From assembly GCA_963755025.1 (NCBI GenBank), contig CAVWIH010000030.1, forward strand, positions 87,490 to 151,489: a DNA stretch of 64,000 bases. Reading direction: 5' to 3'. Within the stretch, counting starts at the first letter, position 1. Each line of letters opens with the position of its first letter. A model generated the notes under the pieces. That model saw nothing but the letters and a program-made list of their open reading frames with translations, was not told where the DNA came from and did not search any database. Shown here in pieces: positions 61,121-64,000 of the stretch. The stretch is from an uncultured Actinomycetes bacterium (GTDB lineage: Bacteria > Actinomycetota > Thermoleophilia > UBA2241). The translations under genes and the position numbers were made by a program.

Positions 61121-63166
61121 ATGTCCGGCATGGTCCCCCAAGACGTCCTTGAACTGACCGGCGTGGCCGACCCCCGCATAGCGCCCGACGGCGCCACCGT
61201 CGCCTACGTCGTGAGCGCGCTCGACGGCGAGGCCAACGAGTATCGCGGGGCGATCTGGCTGGCGGCGCTCGACGGCTCTTCCCCGTCGCGCCGCCTCACC
61301 GCCGGCGTCCGGCGCGACGCCGCGCCGCGCTTTTCGCCCGACGGCTCGCAGCTCGCCTTCACCTCCAACCGCGCCGGCGACACCCAGCAGCTCTACGTGC
61401 TGCCGGTGAGCGGCGGCGAAGCGCGCCAGCTCACCGATCTGCCCGAAGACGTGGCGCAGCCCGTCTGGTCGCCCGACGGCTCGACCATCGCCTTCGTCTC
61501 GCGGGTGCGCGACGCCGCCTACGACGAAGACGACGAGAAGCGCCGGGCGCCGCGCAGGTTCGCCCGCCTGCGGTACAAGTTCGAGCACGTGGGCTGGACC
61601 GGCGACCGCCCGCAGCACCTCTTCACCGTGCCGGCCGACGGCACGGCCGCGCCGCGCCAGATCACCTCGGGCGACTTCGAAGACACCTCGCCGGCCTGGT
61701 CGCCCGACGGCGCCACGCTGGCCTTCGTCTCGGCGCGCCACGCCGACTGGGACACCGAGCCGGTCAACGACGTCTACCTGGTGTCGGCCTTCGACGAAGA
61801 CGACGAGCCGCTGCGCCTTACCCAGGGCGGAGGTTCCGTCGAGCTGCCCTCGTGGTCGCCGCAGGGCGACCGCCTGGCCGTGCTGCGCTACCCCTTCGTG
61901 TTCGACGACCCCGGCCACCTGCAGGTCGCCGTCGTCGACGCCACCACCGGAGCCATCTCCCTGCTCACCCAGGGCCTCGACCGCAACTGCGGCACCTACC
62001 CCAACGTGCGCGAGCCCCTCTGGGACGGCGACGACCTCCTCTTCGTGGTCGAGGACCACGGCGACGTGCACCTCTACCGCGTCGCCGCCAAGGGCGGCGG
62101 CGCGCCGCAGCTCGTGGTCGGCGGCGAGTGCGAGCTCACCGGCTTCGACGTCGTGGCCGGCCGCATCGTCTACACGGCGAGCGACCCGGTCACGGCCTCC
62201 GAGCTGTTCGCCCTCGAGACGAGCAGGGCGACCGACGGCGGCGCCACCGCCAGCGGCGCGCAGGCACGCGGCGCGAAGGAAGGCGGCGCGAAGGGCGGCG
62301 GCCAGGCTCCGCCGGCCCGCCGCCTCACCCACGTGGGCGACGCGTTCGCGGCCGGTCGTGAGCTCGTCGCCGCCGAGCGCTTCACGGCGACCTCACCCGA
62401 CGGCACCGAGGTCGAGGCCTGGGTCATGAAGCCCGCGGGCGCCCGGCCTGGGGTGCGTTACCCGATGCTCCTGAGCATCCACGGCGGGCCGTTCACGCAG
62501 TACGGCAACCGGCTGTTCGACGAGTTCCAGGTATACGCCGGCGGCGGCTACGCGGTGGTCTATTGCAACCCGCGCGGCTCGTCGGGCTACACCGAGGCCT
62601 GGGGCCGCGCCATCCGCGGGCCGGGCGAGGCCGGCCCCGGCTGGGGGACCGTCGACTACGACGACTGCATGGCGGTCGTCGACGAAGCTCTGCGGCGCTT
62701 CGACTTCGTCGACCCCGAGCGCCTGGGCGTGCTGGGCGGCTCCTACGGCGGCTACCTGACCTCGTGGATCGTGGGCCACACCGACCGCTTCAAGGCGGCC
62801 CTCTCCGAGCGCGCCGTCAACAACTTCGTCTCGCAATGGGGCTCGAGCGACACGGGGTGGGACCTGAAGGGCTACCTCGGCAGCTTCCTCTACGAAGACA
62901 TCGAGCCCTGGCTCAAGGCCTCGCCGGTCACCTACGCGACGAACATCCACACGCCCCTGCTGATCCTGCACTCCGAGGGCGACCTGCGCTGCCCCATCGA
63001 GCAGGGCGAGCAGCTCTTCGTCACCCTGCGCCTGCTCAAGCGCCCGGTCGAGATGGTGCGCTTTCCGGCCGAGTCCCACGAGCTCACGCGCTCCGGCAGC
63101 CCCGTGCACCGCGTGCAGCGCTTCGAGATCGTGCTCGACTGGTTCGACCGCTACCTCAAGGGCTGA
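61121..63166 (+). CDS. S9 family peptidase (acylaminoacyl peptidase-like) with a TolB-like propeller
   Basis: Repeated WSPDG; IHGGP; NPRGSSGY; GGSYGG; HSEGDLRC; ESHEL. Confidence 0.94.
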   Translation: MSGMVPQDVLELTGVADPRIAPDGATVAYVVSALDGEANEYRGAIWLAALDGSSPSRRLTAGVRRDAAPRFSPDGSQLAFTSNRAGDTQQLYVLPVSGGEARQLTDLPEDVAQPVWSPDGSTIAFVSRVRDAAYDEDDEKRRAPRRFARLRYKFEHVGWTGDRPQHLFTVPADGTAAPRQITSGDFEDTSPAWSPDGATLAFVSARHADWDTEPVNDVYLVSAFDEDDEPLRLTQGGGSVELPSWSPQGDRLAVLRYPFVFDDPGHLQVAVVDATTGAISLLTQGLDRNCGTYPNVREPLWDGDDLLFVVEDHGDVHLYRVAAKGGGAPQLVVGGECELTGFDVVAGRIVYTASDPVTASELFALETSRATDGGATASGAQARGAKEGGAKGGGQAPPARRLTHVGDAFAAGRELVAAERFTATSPDGTEVEAWVMKPAGARPGVRYPMLLSIHGGPFTQYGNRLFDEFQVYAGGGYAVVYCNPRGSSGYTEAWGRAIRGPGEAGPGWGTVDYDDCMAVVDEALRRFDFVDPERLGVLGGSYGGYLTSWIVGHTDRFKAALSERAVNNFVSQWGSSDTGWDLKGYLGSFLYEDIEPWLKASPVTYATNIHTPLLILHSEGDLRCPIEQGEQLFVTLRLLKRPVEMVRFPAESHELTRSGSPVHRVQRFEIVLDWFDRYLKG

Positions 63167-63249
63167 CTCCGGGCGGTTGCGGGCCACAAGCGGAATCGCC
63201 TGAGCCCGCAGTGGGTAGAGAGGGTGTCCGACTCGTAAAGGAGGCCAGC

Positions 63250-63866
63250 ATGCGTGTCCTTGTCGTCGGCGCCAGCGGAACGCTCGGCCGGCCCATCGTG
63301 CAGGCGCTGAGCCTGTTCGACGATGTCGTGGCGGCCAGCCGCAAGGGCGCCCACACGGTCGACATCGACGATCCCCAGTCGATCAAGGCGCTCTACGCCG
63401 GACTCGGCACGGTCGACGCCGTGGTCTGCGCGGCCGGCTCCGGCGCCTTGGGACCGCTGGCGGAACTCACCGACGCCGACTTCGAGCGCTCCCTGCACAG
63501 CAAGCTCATGGGCCAGGTCGACCTTGTGCGCTACGGCTTCGACAACGTGCGCGACCAGGGGTCATTCACCTTGACGAGCGGCATCTGGCGCGATTCCCCT
63601 CGCCGGGCAGCGCCGCCATCAGCCTCGTCAACAGCGCCCTCGAGGGCTTCGTGCGGGCGGCCGCACTCGAAGCGCCGCGCGGCATCAGGGTCAACGTCGT
63701 GAGCCCGCCGTGGGCCACCGAGTCGCTGCAAGCCCAGGGCCTCGACCCCTCGCCGGGCCTGCCGGCCGCCGACATCGCCGCCCTCTACGTGCAGAGCGTG
63801 GCCGGCAACCTCACCGGCGCCGTCATCGAGGCGCCGCGCCGGGCGTCTCAGCCGCAAGCTCGGTAG
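63250..63866 (+). CDS. Short-chain dehydrogenase/reductase, frameshifted
   Basis: VLVVGASGTLG, SKLMGQV, SFTLTSG, RVNVVSP. Confidence 0.88.
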
Positions 63867-64000
63867 CAGCCGTTGCAGAAAGCGGCGCTCGGGGTCGGAC
63901 TGCGCGAGCTCGAGGGCGCGAGCGTAGCTCGCGCGCGCTTCGACGGTGCGGCCGAGACAGCGCAGCAAGTCGCGCGCATGGCGTGCAGGTAGAGGTAGTC
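63845..64000 (-). CDS. C-terminal TPR end of an ECF sigma factor (ECF42/DUF6596-like), partial
   Basis: DYLYLHA..DLLRCLGRTVEARASYARALELAQSDPERRFL; stop position uncertain because of indels. Confidence 0.7.

Overview
Very GC-rich bacterial chromosome segment, probably an anaerobic or facultative actinobacterium such as Thermoleophilia (inference from composition, leaderless promoters and gene content). Many genes carry single-base indels, which look like uncorrected long-read errors, so several genes are split in the ORF track. Layout: (1) 1-20 kb, minus strand: lutABC, modE, a selenocysteine formate dehydrogenase (in-frame UGA plus SECIS), DUF364, a Mop-type aldehyde oxidoreductase and its Desulfovibrio DVU_1551-1558-like accessory cluster. 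(2) 22-27 kb: a FIST/NosP sensor coupled to a PucR-type regulator whose N-terminus resembles NosP-partner kinases/cyclases, followed by aldehyde dehydrogenase and DUF779. This is the most novel-looking module. (3) MFS pump and TetR. (4) 30-35 kb: a lower-GC three-gene Sir2 / small protein / Rad50-like ATPase defence cassette (Lamassu/ABC-3C-like). (5) A surface beta-propeller protein divergent from modABC, with tandem ModE-like boxes between them and an unusual ModA-IPT/TIG fusion. (6) An AbiE type IV TA pair and an uncharacterised small TA-like pair. (7) 45-64 kb: mixed accessory enzymes and ABC exporters. No rRNA, tRNA, CRISPR array, integrase or transposase was recognised.
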